DNA of 64,000 nucleotides from Vulcanimicrobiota bacterium (GTDB lineage Bacteria; Vulcanimicrobiota; Xenobia; Xenobiales; JADMJV01): NCBI GenBank assembly GCA_050250895.1, contig JBFWNU010000001.1, positions 288,001 to 352,000 of the forward strand, read 5' to 3'. Shown piece by piece: positions 43,448 to 52,375 of this stretch (position 1 is its first letter; each line of letters starts with the position of its first letter). The notes under the pieces were generated by a model. It saw only the letters and a program-made list of their open reading frames with translations, ran no database searches and was not told where the DNA came from. The position numbers and the translations under genes were made by a program.

Positions 43448-45364
43448 ATGCTCAAGAACAAGGTCGTTTCTGCCGCTGCAGCGGTCGAAGTCATCGTTTC
43501 CGGAGACACCGTCGCCACCGGAGGATTTGTGGGAAGCGGCTTCGCCGAGGGCCTGGCCGAGGCGCTCGAACGACGCTTTCTCGACACCGGCGAACCGGCC
43601 AACCTCACCCTGGTCTATGCGGCCGGCCAGGGCGACGGCCAGACACGGGGCCTCAACCACTTCGCCCACGAAGGGATGGTCAAGCGGGTGGTGGGCGGCC
43701 ACTGGGGGCTGGTGCCCGGCCTGGGGCGGCTGGCCCTCGAGAACAAGATCGAGGCCTACAACCTGCCCCAGGGCGTGATCTCGCATCTGTATCGCAATAT
43801 CGCCGCCGGTAAGCCAGGAGTGCTCACCCACGTCGGCCTCGAGACCTTCGTGGACCCTCGTCTCGAGGGAGGTCGTCTCAACAACCGCACCCGTGAGGAA
43901 CTGGTCGAGGTGATGAGCGTGCGAGGACGCGAGTATCTGTTCTATCACGCCTTTCCCATCCAGGTGGCCCTGTTGCGTGGCACTACCGCCGACCTGGCCG
44001 GCAACATCTCGATGGAGCGAGAAGCCCTGAGCCTCGAGGCCCTGGCCATCGCTCAGGCGGTCAAAAACAGCGGCGGCGTGGTGCTGGTCCAGGTCGAGCG
44101 AGTCACCACCCAGCACCACTTGCACCCTCAAATGATCAAGATACCCGGCGCCCTGGTCGACTGCGTGGTGGTGGCCCAGCCCCATCAGCACCAGATGACC
44201 TTTGGCGAAGACTACAACCCGGCCTACACCGGAGAGGTCCGCATTCCCTCGACCTCGCTGGCCCCGATGCCCCTCGACGCCCGCAAGGTGATCGCCCGCC
44301 GCGGGGCCTCGTTTCTCAAGATCAACTCGGTGGTCAATCTGGGCATCGGTATGCCCGAGGGCATCGCTCGCGTGGCCAACGAAGAGCGTATTCTAGACTT
44401 CATCACCCTGACGGTCGAGCCGGGGGGCCTGGGCGGCATCCCAGCGGGCGGATTGAGCTTTGGCGCGGTGGCCAACCCGGCCGCCATCATCGATCAGCCC
44501 TCGCAATTTGATTTCTACGACGGAGGCGGCCTGGATCAGGCCTTTCTCGGCATGGCCGAATGCGACCGCCACGGCAATGTCAACGTGAGCAAATTCGGCC
44601 CCCGCCTGGCCGGGGCCGGGGGCTTTATCAACATCAGCCAGAACACCGAGTTCGTCTGCTTTATGGGCACCTTCACCTCGAAGACCGAGGTGGCTGTTGA
44701 AGACGGTCGACTTCGCATTCTGGCCGACGGTGGAGCCCGCAAATTCGTGGACCAGGTTCATCAGGTCACCTTCAGCGCGTCCTACGCCAGAAAACACCAC
44801 CATAAAGTCTACTACGTTACCGAGCGAGCCGTCTTTCGACTGGCCGAAGAGGGCCTGGAACTCATCGAACTAGCGCCCGGGGTCGAACTCGAACAGGTGC
44901 TGGCTCAAATGGACTTTCAGCCTGCCATCGCCGATCCGTTGGCCAGCATGGACCCGCGCATTTTCCGGGCCGAACTGATGGGGCTCGACTCGCAAAGCCG
45001 CGACCTGGTCAGCCAGCGTCTGTACTACGATCCCGAGACCAACACTGTCTTCGTCGATTTTGAAGGACTCAGGCTAGATACCCCCGCTCAGGTCGATGAA
45101 CTCAGCCGACGCCTCGACGACTATTTCTCGGCCCTGGGCGGCAAGTGCAAGGCGGTGGTCAACTATGACAACTTCGTGGTGGCGCCCGCAGCCGAAGCCG
45201 CTTATTTCGCCATGGTCGAGCGCAACCAGGCCCGATACTTTTTGTCCTGCGTGCGCTATTCGACCAACGCCTTCTTTCGCCGTCAGGTCGGCCCCAAGTT
45301 CGCCCAGCTCAAGTCGAGGCTGCACTCCAGCTATTCGGAAGCGGTCAGTCAACTCGAGGGTTAA
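43448..45364 (+). CDS. Acyl-CoA:acetate/propionate CoA-transferase (YdiF/Pct family) with C-terminal extension
   Basis: [29 protein letters not shown] catalytic Glu, [19 protein letters not shown]. Confidence 0.92.
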   Translation: MLKNKVVSAAAAVEVIVSGDTVATGGFVGSGFAEGLAEALERRFLDTGEPANLTLVYAAGQGDGQTRGLNHFAHEGMVKRVVGGHWGLVPGLGRLALENKIEAYNLPQGVISHLYRNIAAGKPGVLTHVGLETFVDPRLEGGRLNNRTREELVEVMSVRGREYLFYHAFPIQVALLRGTTADLAGNISMEREALSLEALAIAQAVKNSGGVVLVQVERVTTQHHLHPQMIKIPGALVDCVVVAQPHQHQMTFGEDYNPAYTGEVRIPSTSLAPMPLDARKVIARRGASFLKINSVVNLGIGMPEGIARVANEERILDFITLTVEPGGLGGIPAGGLSFGAVANPAAIIDQPSQFDFYDGGGLDQAFLGMAECDRHGNVNVSKFGPRLAGAGGFINISQNTEFVCFMGTFTSKTEVAVEDGRLRILADGGARKFVDQVHQVTFSASYARKHHHKVYYVTERAVFRLAEEGLELIELAPGVELEQVLAQMDFQPAIADPLASMDPRIFRAELMGLDSQSRDLVSQRLYYDPETNTVFVDFEGLRLDTPAQVDELSRRLDDYFSALGGKCKAVVNYDNFVVAPAAEAAYFAMVERNQARYFLSCVRYSTNAFFRRQVGPKFAQLKSRLHSSYSEAVSQLEG

Positions 45365-45412
45365 CATCACGGCAACCTCCCCGACGCAGTACCAACATAA
45401 GTTCGAGTGGCA

Positions 45413-46063
45413 ATGTTGATTACGCCAGCCCGGCCCAAGCCACCGACCCCCCCCGCGCCCAAGACTCCCCCGCCGTCGAAAGACGACTTCGATCCCATCG
45501 AGCTGATCCGGGATGGCATCGAGAAGGACCCCTTGATTCGGGCCGGCGCCATGGGCAGCCTGGCCTATGTGGCGGGCTCGGCCTATCCCACCGTGTGGAT
45601 GCACGAAATGGGCCACGCTCTCACGGCCGAAGCGCTCTTCCAGGGAGCCAACCCCATCGTCGAAGTGACTCCCTTCGGTGGCGGCGTTACCTACTGGCGC
45701 CCGGGCCCATTGACCGAACGCGGCCAACAGCTCGGCTTTGACGGCGCCCGCGCGGCCGTCTCGGCAGCGGGTCCGCTGGTCGATATGGCTGTGGCCATGA
45801 CCACCTTCGGGGTCGGCTACAAGATTCGCAAAGAGCATCCTTACGTGGGGTCGGCCCTGATGGGCTACGCCGCCTTTAGCGTAGTCAACGACATTCTCTA
45901 CGCCAGTTCGGCTCTCGGCAACATAGCCAAGACGGCCGCCACCGGTAACGACTTCGCCAATATCGCCGTGCGGACCGGCCTCCACCCCCTGGCCTCGATC
46001 GCCATCATGGCGGCCATTCTGCCGGCCGAATATCTGTTGCTGCGCTACCTCGAGAACAACTAG
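45413..46063 (+). CDS. M50-like membrane metallopeptidase with Pro-rich N-terminus
   Basis: HEMGH, VSAAGP, GND; TM segments. Confidence 0.78.
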   Translation: MLITPARPKPPTPPAPKTPPPSKDDFDPIELIRDGIEKDPLIRAGAMGSLAYVAGSAYPTVWMHEMGHALTAEALFQGANPIVEVTPFGGGVTYWRPGPLTERGQQLGFDGARAAVSAAGPLVDMAVAMTTFGVGYKIRKEHPYVGSALMGYAAFSVVNDILYASSALGNIAKTAATGNDFANIAVRTGLHPLASIAIMAAILPAEYLLLRYLENN

Positions 46064-46064
46064 T

Positions 46065-46097
46065 TTTCAGCTTTTTTTAAGGGCTCGAGATTACGTT
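46065..46097 (+). promoter_or_regulatory. TTTCAG-N5-TTTAAG-N10-TACGTT promoter
   Basis: Same geometry, upstream of 46125. Confidence 0.62.
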
Positions 46098-46124
46098 CCC
46101 CAACGAATCACAGGAGAGAAACAG

Positions 46125-46337
46125 ATGAACATCAGACAGCCAATTCAGACCTTCGCCCACTCGGCAGCTCGCAAGCAGGCGGCGCCCACTCAACCCGGGC
46201 CCGATGACGTGCCCGATGAGTTCGACAATCGGCGCGACTACGGCAATGGCCCGGATGACGTTTACGACGAGTATGACAACGGCCGCCAGGAGACCTACAG
46301 CGGTCCCGATGGAACCTATTCCTACGATCCCTACTAG
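46125..46337 (+). CDS. Small acidic Tyr-rich repeat protein
   Basis: AGGAG RBS; GPDDVPDEFDN / GPDDVYDEYDN / GPDG repeats. Confidence 0.72.
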   Translation: MNIRQPIQTFAHSAARKQAAPTQPGPDDVPDEFDNRRDYGNGPDDVYDEYDNGRQETYSGPDGTYSYDPY

Positions 46338-46819
46338 TCGGTCTTGTTGCCGCGGGCCCAGCGCACCGTCTCGCCGGCCAGACTGACACCGGCCGAGTAG
46401 GCCCCCAGCACGCCGGCCCCCAATAGGCACTGGTTGAGGGCAAAGCCGTCATTGATGGCGCCCAGATAGGTGCCGCCGATGCCTACGGCCACAGCCAGAG
46501 CCGCGCCGCCCGCCAGGGCGAGCAGCTGTTGGCCCAACCCCTGCCGCCCCTCGGCCACCGCTTCGACCAGGTTCTCGGCCGCGAACATAGTAGCGATCGA
46601 ACCGACCTTGGCCCCGGCAATGAAGGGTACGGCCCCGGCCAGAGCACCGATGGCGCCCCAGCGGGCCACCCGGGCCAGCGTCTTGCCCGTCAGCAAAGGC
46701 GTGCTAGACACCTTCACGTCGGTGGTGTCGGCCGGCGTCGCGGGGTCGGTCTCTGGTTTGGGCGGGGCAGCCACCGCTCGGCGGATCAGGGGTGGGGTCA
46801 TCAAAGCAGAAACTCTCAT
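46334..46819 (-). CDS. Hypothetical membrane protein (Gly/Ala-rich) with P/T-rich N-terminus
   Basis: TAGTCT-N6-ATG; hydrophobic GxxxG helices. Confidence 0.7.
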   Translation of the reverse strand: MRVSALMTPPLIRRAVAAPPKPETDPATPADTTDVKVSSTPLLTGKTLARVARWGAIGALAGAVPFIAGAKVGSIATMFAAENLVEAVAEGRQGLGQQLLALAGGAALAVAVGIGGTYLGAINDGFALNQCLLGAGVLGAYSAGVSLAGETVRWARGNKTD

Positions 46820-46937
46820 ACCAACAGACTAGGCCAGCCGGTTTGGGCCAGAGTTTGGGTTGCCCTCACCAGATGTTTCCATCAGGTTACCTCCGGTCAG
46901 CTTGCCTGTTGCACTGGCCGAATGCTACACTCTCAGG

Positions 46938-47090
46938 GTGTCGAGAAGAAAGCGTCGTCAAAAGGCCAGGCGCGCCAAAGGGGTCGCTCCGGCGCCGAAG
47001 ATTATGGGTCTTGAGCCCTTCCAATTGATGTTGGTGGTGATGGTGGTACTGGGTTTGGCTGCCGTGCTCGCCAACGCGTTCCTGGGCTAG
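46938..47090 (+). CDS. Small basic single-pass membrane protein
   Basis: TACACT-N6-GTG; MSRRKRRQKARR followed by a TM segment. Confidence 0.55.
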   Translation: MSRRKRRQKARRAKGVAPAPKIMGLEPFQLMLVVMVVLGLAAVLANAFLG

Positions 47091-47154
47091 ATGTCCGGGA
47101 CTTTTGTCACAGAGTCTAGCGCTCATTCGAGCTAAGGTCTGGGTCGGAGGTAGT

Positions 47155-47769
47155 ATGAAACGATTTCTCTTTGCCATGGCCCTGACCATGCTCTGGTGCG
47201 CTCCCGGAATAGCCGATCAAAAGGCGGACCTGGTCCAGGCTGTGCGCTCGGACGGCTTCCCTCTCGAGGCCGAAGTGATGGCGCGCTACGTCGAAGTCGA
47301 GATGTCACCGGAATGGTGGGCCATTATGCTCGATCCCGGCGAAGAGCGCGGTGCCCGCCAATCGTTGCGAATCGTGGTCAGCAACATGATCGCGCTGGCC
47401 AACAACATGGGCTGGGGCGACCTGGCGCGCCTCGACCAGGACAGCGGGCGCAAGGGCAACAGCCCCCCGGTCCTCGCCATGATGGATTCTTGGAAGGACA
47501 AGCTGGCGGTCAAACTGGTGCTCGGCTTCACTCCTGACGACACCTCGAAAAAGCAGACCGTCGATGGCCTGGATCGCCTGGGTTATCCGATCGGCTCGGT
47601 TGCCCAGCCCCGGTCTGGCAAGTTCTTTCTAACCGCCACCTACGACCCGGCCGCCACCGACATCAAAGCGTCGATGTCGTCTGACGCCAGCACCTACAGC
47701 TTGACGCTGCCAGCCTATACAAGCTGGAGCCAGAGCAAGGTCGACGCCGTGATGAAACGTGGCCACTAA
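47155..47769 (+). CDS. Exported hypothetical protein
   Basis: GGAGGT RBS; signal peptide MKRFLFAMALTMLWCAPGIA. Confidence 0.8.
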   Translation: MKRFLFAMALTMLWCAPGIADQKADLVQAVRSDGFPLEAEVMARYVEVEMSPEWWAIMLDPGEERGARQSLRIVVSNMIALANNMGWGDLARLDQDSGRKGNSPPVLAMMDSWKDKLAVKLVLGFTPDDTSKKQTVDGLDRLGYPIGSVAQPRSGKFFLTATYDPAATDIKASMSSDASTYSLTLPAYTSWSQSKVDAVMKRGH

Positions 47770-47852
47770 CTGATCGGGTGCCCCCCTCTTAGACCGGTGC
47801 AGGTTGTCTGCGCCGGTCCTTTACCGTTCATAGTGAAGTGAGAGGATTTACT

Positions 47853-48314
47853 ATGAGCACAACCACCTATTCTGAAAAGCCCGCTACCGTCACCACCGCC
47901 AAGCCGGTGGTCTACGTTCCTGCCGTGGGTGGCTGGGTATCCACTGTGCCGGCCATCGGCCGGGTATTACTCAGTCTGATCTTTGTTTTTAGCGGCCTGG
48001 GCAAGATTTTCAACCTCGGCTCCACCGCCGAAATGATGGCCTCGGCCGGCTTTGTGGCCGTACCCGTCTTCTTGCTCGGCGCGATCGTGCTCGAGCTGGG
48101 GGGCGGCCTGATGCTGATGTTCGACCTTAAAGGTCACGTGGCGGCAATCATGCTGACCATCTTTTTGATTCCGGCCACCCTCATCTTCCACGACTTCTGG
48201 AACCTGCAGGGTGCTGCCGCCCACACGCAGATGGTCAACTTCATGAAGAACGTGGCGATTCTGGGTGGCCTGATGGTGGCTGGAACCCATTCCTGGGTCA
48301 AGCGCCAGGTCTAG
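47853..48314 (+). CDS. DoxX family membrane protein
   Basis: GRVLLSLIFVFSGLGK, ELGGG, FHDFW, FMKNVAILGG. Confidence 0.9.
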   Translation: MSTTTYSEKPATVTTAKPVVYVPAVGGWVSTVPAIGRVLLSLIFVFSGLGKIFNLGSTAEMMASAGFVAVPVFLLGAIVLELGGGLMLMFDLKGHVAAIMLTIFLIPATLIFHDFWNLQGAAAHTQMVNFMKNVAILGGLMVAGTHSWVKRQV

Positions 48315-48329
48315 GGGCTATCCGCTGGG

Positions 48330-50294
48330 ATGCCCTCGACGGTTCAGGAAGTATCTGCTCGGCCGCAGACCGCTAGCATAGGCTCAGGGGGAGGCCCCCC
48401 CCACTTGACCGACCCTTGCGAGCAGAAGAAAAACCGACTTCCTCTATTGATGCTGGGCGCCCTGGGCGTGGTCTATGGCGACATCGGCACCAGCCCGATC
48501 TACGCCCTGCGCGAGTCGTTTCACGCCCAGCATGGCTTCCAGCCTAGCCCGGCTAATGTGCTGGGCGTTCTTTCTTTGATCTTCTGGGCGCTGGTGCTAG
48601 TCATCTGCATCAAGTATCTGGCTTTCGTACTGCGCGCCGACAACGGGGGTGAAGGCGGCATCCTGGCTCTCTCGTCGCTGGTGGCCGAGAGTTCGGCCGC
48701 CCGCGCCTGGGGCGGCCGGACCGTGTTGGCCCTGGGCTTGTTCGGAACGGCCTTGCTTTACGGCGACGGGATGATTACGCCGGCCATCTCGGTTTTGAGC
48801 GCGGTAGAAGGCCTCGGTGAGGCTACTCCGGTCTTTCAGCCGTACGTCATCCCGCTGACCGTGGCCATTTTGGTGGGGCTTTTCTGGACCCAGGCGCGAG
48901 GCACCGAAAAAGTGGGGCGGATGTTCGGCCCTGTGACCCTGGCGTGGTTTGGCTGCTTGGCCTCGCTGGGGCTATGGCACATCGCTCGAGAACCGCTGGT
49001 GCTGTCTTGCATCCTGCCCACCCATGCCATCGGGTTCTTCCTGAACCACGGCTGGTCGGCCTTTCTGGTGCTGGGCTCGGTCTTTCTGGTGGTCACCGGT
49101 GGCGAGGCTCTCTACGCCGACATGGGCCACTTTGGCAAGCGACCCATTCGACTCACCTGGTTTGTGCTGGTGCTGCCTGCTCTACTGCTCAACTATCTGG
49201 GGCAGGGGGCGCTGGTCTTGCGCCAACCCGAGGCGATCGCCAACCCCTTCTTTCGCATGATTCCGCAGTGGGGCTACTACCCTATGGTGGTGTTGGCCAC
49301 AGCGGCCACCGTGATCGCTTCGCAGGCCCTCATCTCGGGAGCCTTCTCGATCACGATGCAAGCCGTGCAGCTGGGTTTTCTACCGCGCATGAAGGTCGAG
49401 CACACGTCGTCCGACGAGAGAGGCCAGGTCTATGTGGGGGTGGTCAACTGGATCCTCATGGTGGCCTGCATCACGCTCGTGTTGGCCTTTCGCTCCTCGA
49501 GCAACCTGGCGGCCGCCTACGGCGTGGCCGTCACCTGCTCGATGGGGATCACCACCACTCTCTTCTTCTATCTCTGTCGCCACGCCTGGGGTTGGTCCTG
49601 GCCTCGAGCCCTGGGGCTGTGCTCGATATTCTGGACGGTGGATCTTGCCTTCTTCGGGGCCAACCTGACCAAGGTCCCGACCGGCGGTTGGTTTCCACTG
49701 GTCGTCGGTAGCAGTCTCTTCTTGCTGATGAAGACCTGGAAACAGGGACGTCGCTTGCTGGGTCAAGAGATCGCCGCCCACTCGGTCAGCCTCGAGAAAC
49801 TGGTGGACGAACGGCTCGAGCAAGCGTCTCAGCGGGTGCCCGGCACGGCGGTCTTCATGAGCGGACAGCCCCGAGTCGCCCCGCCGGCTCTGCTGGCCAA
49901 CCTGCACTTCAACCACACCCTCCATGAGCGAGTGCTGATCGTGACCGTGATCGTCTCGGAGCGCTCCCGGGTGCCGGCGGAAGAACGAGCCGAGATCAAG
50001 AAGATCGACGACGAAATCTATACCGTCAAGCTCACCTTCGGCTATATGACCGAACCCAATGTCCCCAGCATCCTGAAGACGCTCCGTGTTCATGGGCAAC
50101 CGTTGCTGGGCGACGAGGTCACCTACTTCCTGGGTCGCGAGACCATCGTTCCCACCCGCGATCCCGAAGACAAGATGGCCCTGTGGCGCGAGCGACTCTT
50201 TGCCGCCATGGCCCGCAACTCGCTGAATGCCACCGCCTTTTTCAATATCCCTACGGACCGGGTGGTGGAGGTGGGAACGCGGTTCGAATTGTAA
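48330..50294 (+). CDS. kup: KUP/HAK/KT potassium transporter
   Basis: GVVYGDIGTSPIY, ADNGGEGG, GDGMITPAISVLSAVEG, GGEALYADMGHFG; start codon uncertain. Confidence 0.95.
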   Translation: MPSTVQEVSARPQTASIGSGGGPPHLTDPCEQKKNRLPLLMLGALGVVYGDIGTSPIYALRESFHAQHGFQPSPANVLGVLSLIFWALVLVICIKYLAFVLRADNGGEGGILALSSLVAESSAARAWGGRTVLALGLFGTALLYGDGMITPAISVLSAVEGLGEATPVFQPYVIPLTVAILVGLFWTQARGTEKVGRMFGPVTLAWFGCLASLGLWHIAREPLVLSCILPTHAIGFFLNHGWSAFLVLGSVFLVVTGGEALYADMGHFGKRPIRLTWFVLVLPALLLNYLGQGALVLRQPEAIANPFFRMIPQWGYYPMVVLATAATVIASQALISGAFSITMQAVQLGFLPRMKVEHTSSDERGQVYVGVVNWILMVACITLVLAFRSSSNLAAAYGVAVTCSMGITTTLFFYLCRHAWGWSWPRALGLCSIFWTVDLAFFGANLTKVPTGGWFPLVVGSSLFLLMKTWKQGRRLLGQEIAAHSVSLEKLVDERLEQASQRVPGTAVFMSGQPRVAPPALLANLHFNHTLHERVLIVTVIVSERSRVPAEERAEIKKIDDEIYTVKLTFGYMTEPNVPSILKTLRVHGQPLLGDEVTYFLGRETIVPTRDPEDKMALWRERLFAAMARNSLNATAFFNIPTDRVVEVGTRFEL

Positions 50295-50295
50295 T

Positions 50296-50337
50296 TTGAC
50301 CCAGGTCAAGGCAAGGTGCTCAAGACCGGGTTAAGAT
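50296..50337 (+). promoter_or_regulatory. FNR/CRP-family box TTGAC-N4-GTCAA with -10 TAAGAT
   Basis: Palindrome centred 41.5 nt upstream of the ATG at 50344 (class II geometry if the transcript is leaderless). Confidence 0.65.
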
Positions 50338-50343
50338 GCGAGC

Positions 50344-50523
50344 ATGGCTAAACGCGTCATCATTCTCGAGCACGTCACGTGCCCCGAAACTCACCAACCC
50401 GAAGTCGTTGAATACGAGCCCCAGGCGCCGGTTGGACAACAGGTCACCTGGTGCTCGAAAACCCTGGGCAAGCCCGGCTGCTCCGAGTGCTGTCTCAGAG
50501 CCGCCAGACCCCAGGAGGACTAG
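50344..50523 (+). CDS. 59-aa Cys-rich small protein
   Basis: Hand translation: MAKRVIILEHVTCPETHQPEVVEYEPQAPVGQQVTWCSKTLGKPGCSECCLRAARPQED; stop overlaps the convergent gene's stop. Confidence 0.68.
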   Translation: MAKRVIILEHVTCPETHQPEVVEYEPQAPVGQQVTWCSKTLGKPGCSECCLRAARPQED

Positions 50524-51203
50524 AGCCGGCGCCCTTCGGAGAACTTCTGGGCGTAGCGGCCACTGGTTAGACTGTCGATCTTGACCGGCGCATTGGCGGT
50601 CGGGCGATGGACGAATTTGCCGTTGCCGATGTAGATACCGACATGGGTATACTTGCCGCGCCGATAGGTGTTGTCGAAAAGAACGATGTCGCCGGGCTTG
50701 AGCGCGTCACGACCAACCTTCTTGCCATACTTGGCGAAGTCGGCGGCCCGGGCGGTGTGCTTGAAGCCCGGAGGAGCCGTGCCCGATTGCTCGAGCATGG
50801 TGCTGACGAAGTCGGCACAACGCTTGGTCTGGCCGGGCTTGAAGTTCTTTCCGTCCCAACGCTTGGCGAAGTCGGCCAGTCGGTTGCCCGTCGAACTGGC
50901 GGGCAGTTCCGACCCCGCTTGGGAGTTGGGACGTGTCCCCCCAAGAAAATCGCTCAGTCCCCCCTGCGCGTTGGGAACAAAGTTGGAAGGCGAGCCGCCT
51001 CCACATCCACAGCCTCCTGAACCGCCTCCGAAGCCAGGGTTTTGAGATGCAGCGAAGCCGCTTCCGCCGGTGAATTGAGCCAGCATCTGTTGCACCAGAG
51101 CCATCAGGATTTGCTGCAGCGGGATGCCCATCATCGGCAGGGCTTGCGGTCCCATGCCGTAGGGGTTGAGGCCAGGATAACCACCTAGACCATAGATTGC
51201 CAT
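50520..51203 (-). CDS. NlpC/P60 peptidoglycan endopeptidase with Gly/Gln-rich N-terminus
   Basis: RCADFVS, LKPGDIVLF, THVGIYIGNGKFVH; no Sec signal. Confidence 0.88.
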   Translation of the reverse strand: MAIYGLGGYPGLNPYGMGPQALPMMGIPLQQILMALVQQMLAQFTGGSGFAASQNPGFGGGSGGCGCGGGSPSNFVPNAQGGLSDFLGGTRPNSQAGSELPASSTGNRLADFAKRWDGKNFKPGQTKRCADFVSTMLEQSGTAPPGFKHTARAADFAKYGKKVGRDALKPGDIVLFDNTYRRGKYTHVGIYIGNGKFVHRPTANAPVKIDSLTSGRYAQKFSEGRRL

Positions 51204-51404
51204 TCACAGTCTCCTCTCGATTGAACCTCGACCCCGAGCGAGGAGACCTCCTGTTGTCAGGATACGAGAGCTTTTGTGCGCCGAACTTTGGAAATTTCTG
51301 GGAAAGTTATTAACGGACTGTAAAAACTTACTCATCCCCTGGGATGGGCCTTCGAGCCACCCAGGGAGGGGGATCTCGACTCGAGGGCCGGCTACAGTCT
51401 AGTT

Positions 51405-51758
51405 ATGACCTGGTTCAAGCTCTACGACAGCCGTTGGGAAAAGGCTCAAGCCGCGTTTCGACGCGATTGGGAACAAACCCGTCACGATCTCGGCTCCGAC
51501 CGTGCTCGCGACCTCAAGCAGAGCGCCGGAAACACGCTGTCTCAGATCTTTGGCGACGATCCCATACCGGTCGGCAGCTTCGACGAGCACGAGCCAGCCT
51601 TTCGCTACGGCTATGCTGCCGGGGCCCACCACGACCTGCCCTGGAACGCCGACCTGGACCGACGGTTGGCCGAGGATTATCCGGGCGACTGGCAGCGCGA
51701 CGGCACATACGTCCGTTATGCATATTTGTACTATCAACGAACCCGAACCGCCGTATGA
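51405..51758 (+). CDS. Hypothetical protein
   Basis: TACAGT-N6-ATG; HEPAFRYGY motif. Confidence 0.7.
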   Translation: MTWFKLYDSRWEKAQAAFRRDWEQTRHDLGSDRARDLKQSAGNTLSQIFGDDPIPVGSFDEHEPAFRYGYAAGAHHDLPWNADLDRRLAEDYPGDWQRDGTYVRYAYLYYQRTRTAV

Positions 51759-51777
51759 CCCTCCCAACCCCGTCCTC

Positions 51778-51805
51778 CGGGCCGCGCGATTCTTCGCGCG
51801 GCCCG
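51778..51805 (+). terminator. 12-bp perfect hairpin between co-oriented genes
   Basis: CGGGCCGCGCGA-TTCT-TCGCGCGGCCCG followed by ATTT. Confidence 0.5.
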
Positions 51806-51827
51806 ATTTCAAAACAAGGAGTAACCC

Positions 51828-52340
51828 ATGAATGACATCGAGAAATTCGTAGACCTGCTAAGCGACTTTCGCTTCTGCATGATGACCACCGAAGGAGCCG
51901 ATGGTCGCTGGCATACTCGTCCAATGACCCTGCAGGACCCGAGCGAGGAGCGAGCCATCTGGTTCGTAGCCGTGCGCGACTGCAAGTCGGCCGCCAACCT
52001 GCGCCACAACCCGCGCCTGCAACTATCCTTCCTGCGCTCGAGCGACGGCGCCTGGATCACGTTGTATGGCCGAGTGGAGTTCGAAGACGACCCTGAACTC
52101 TTGCGCGACCTCTGGCAGGACAACTGGGATATCTGGTTCGACGAAGCCGACAAATTCGAACGGGCCGTGCTGGTCAACGTCGAGCCCATCCAGATCGAGT
52201 TCTGGGAGCCCGAGAAGGGCCGTTTTCACCAGTTCGTCGACATGGTCAAAGCCCGTTACTCAGACTCCTCGATCACTTTTGACGACTCGATTCATCGCCT
52301 CAGAGCCTCGGCCGAAGAGCTGATCCAGGCCAAGCGTTAA
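51828..52340 (+). CDS. General stress protein 26 / pyridoxamine 5'-phosphate oxidase-like
   Basis: FCMMTT...HTRPM...IWF...EFW pattern. Confidence 0.85.
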   Translation: MNDIEKFVDLLSDFRFCMMTTEGADGRWHTRPMTLQDPSEERAIWFVAVRDCKSAANLRHNPRLQLSFLRSSDGAWITLYGRVEFEDDPELLRDLWQDNWDIWFDEADKFERAVLVNVEPIQIEFWEPEKGRFHQFVDMVKARYSDSSITFDDSIHRLRASAEELIQAKR

Positions 52341-52375
52341 GAGGCACGCACGGCCTGATCGAAGAAGCGGGCCGG

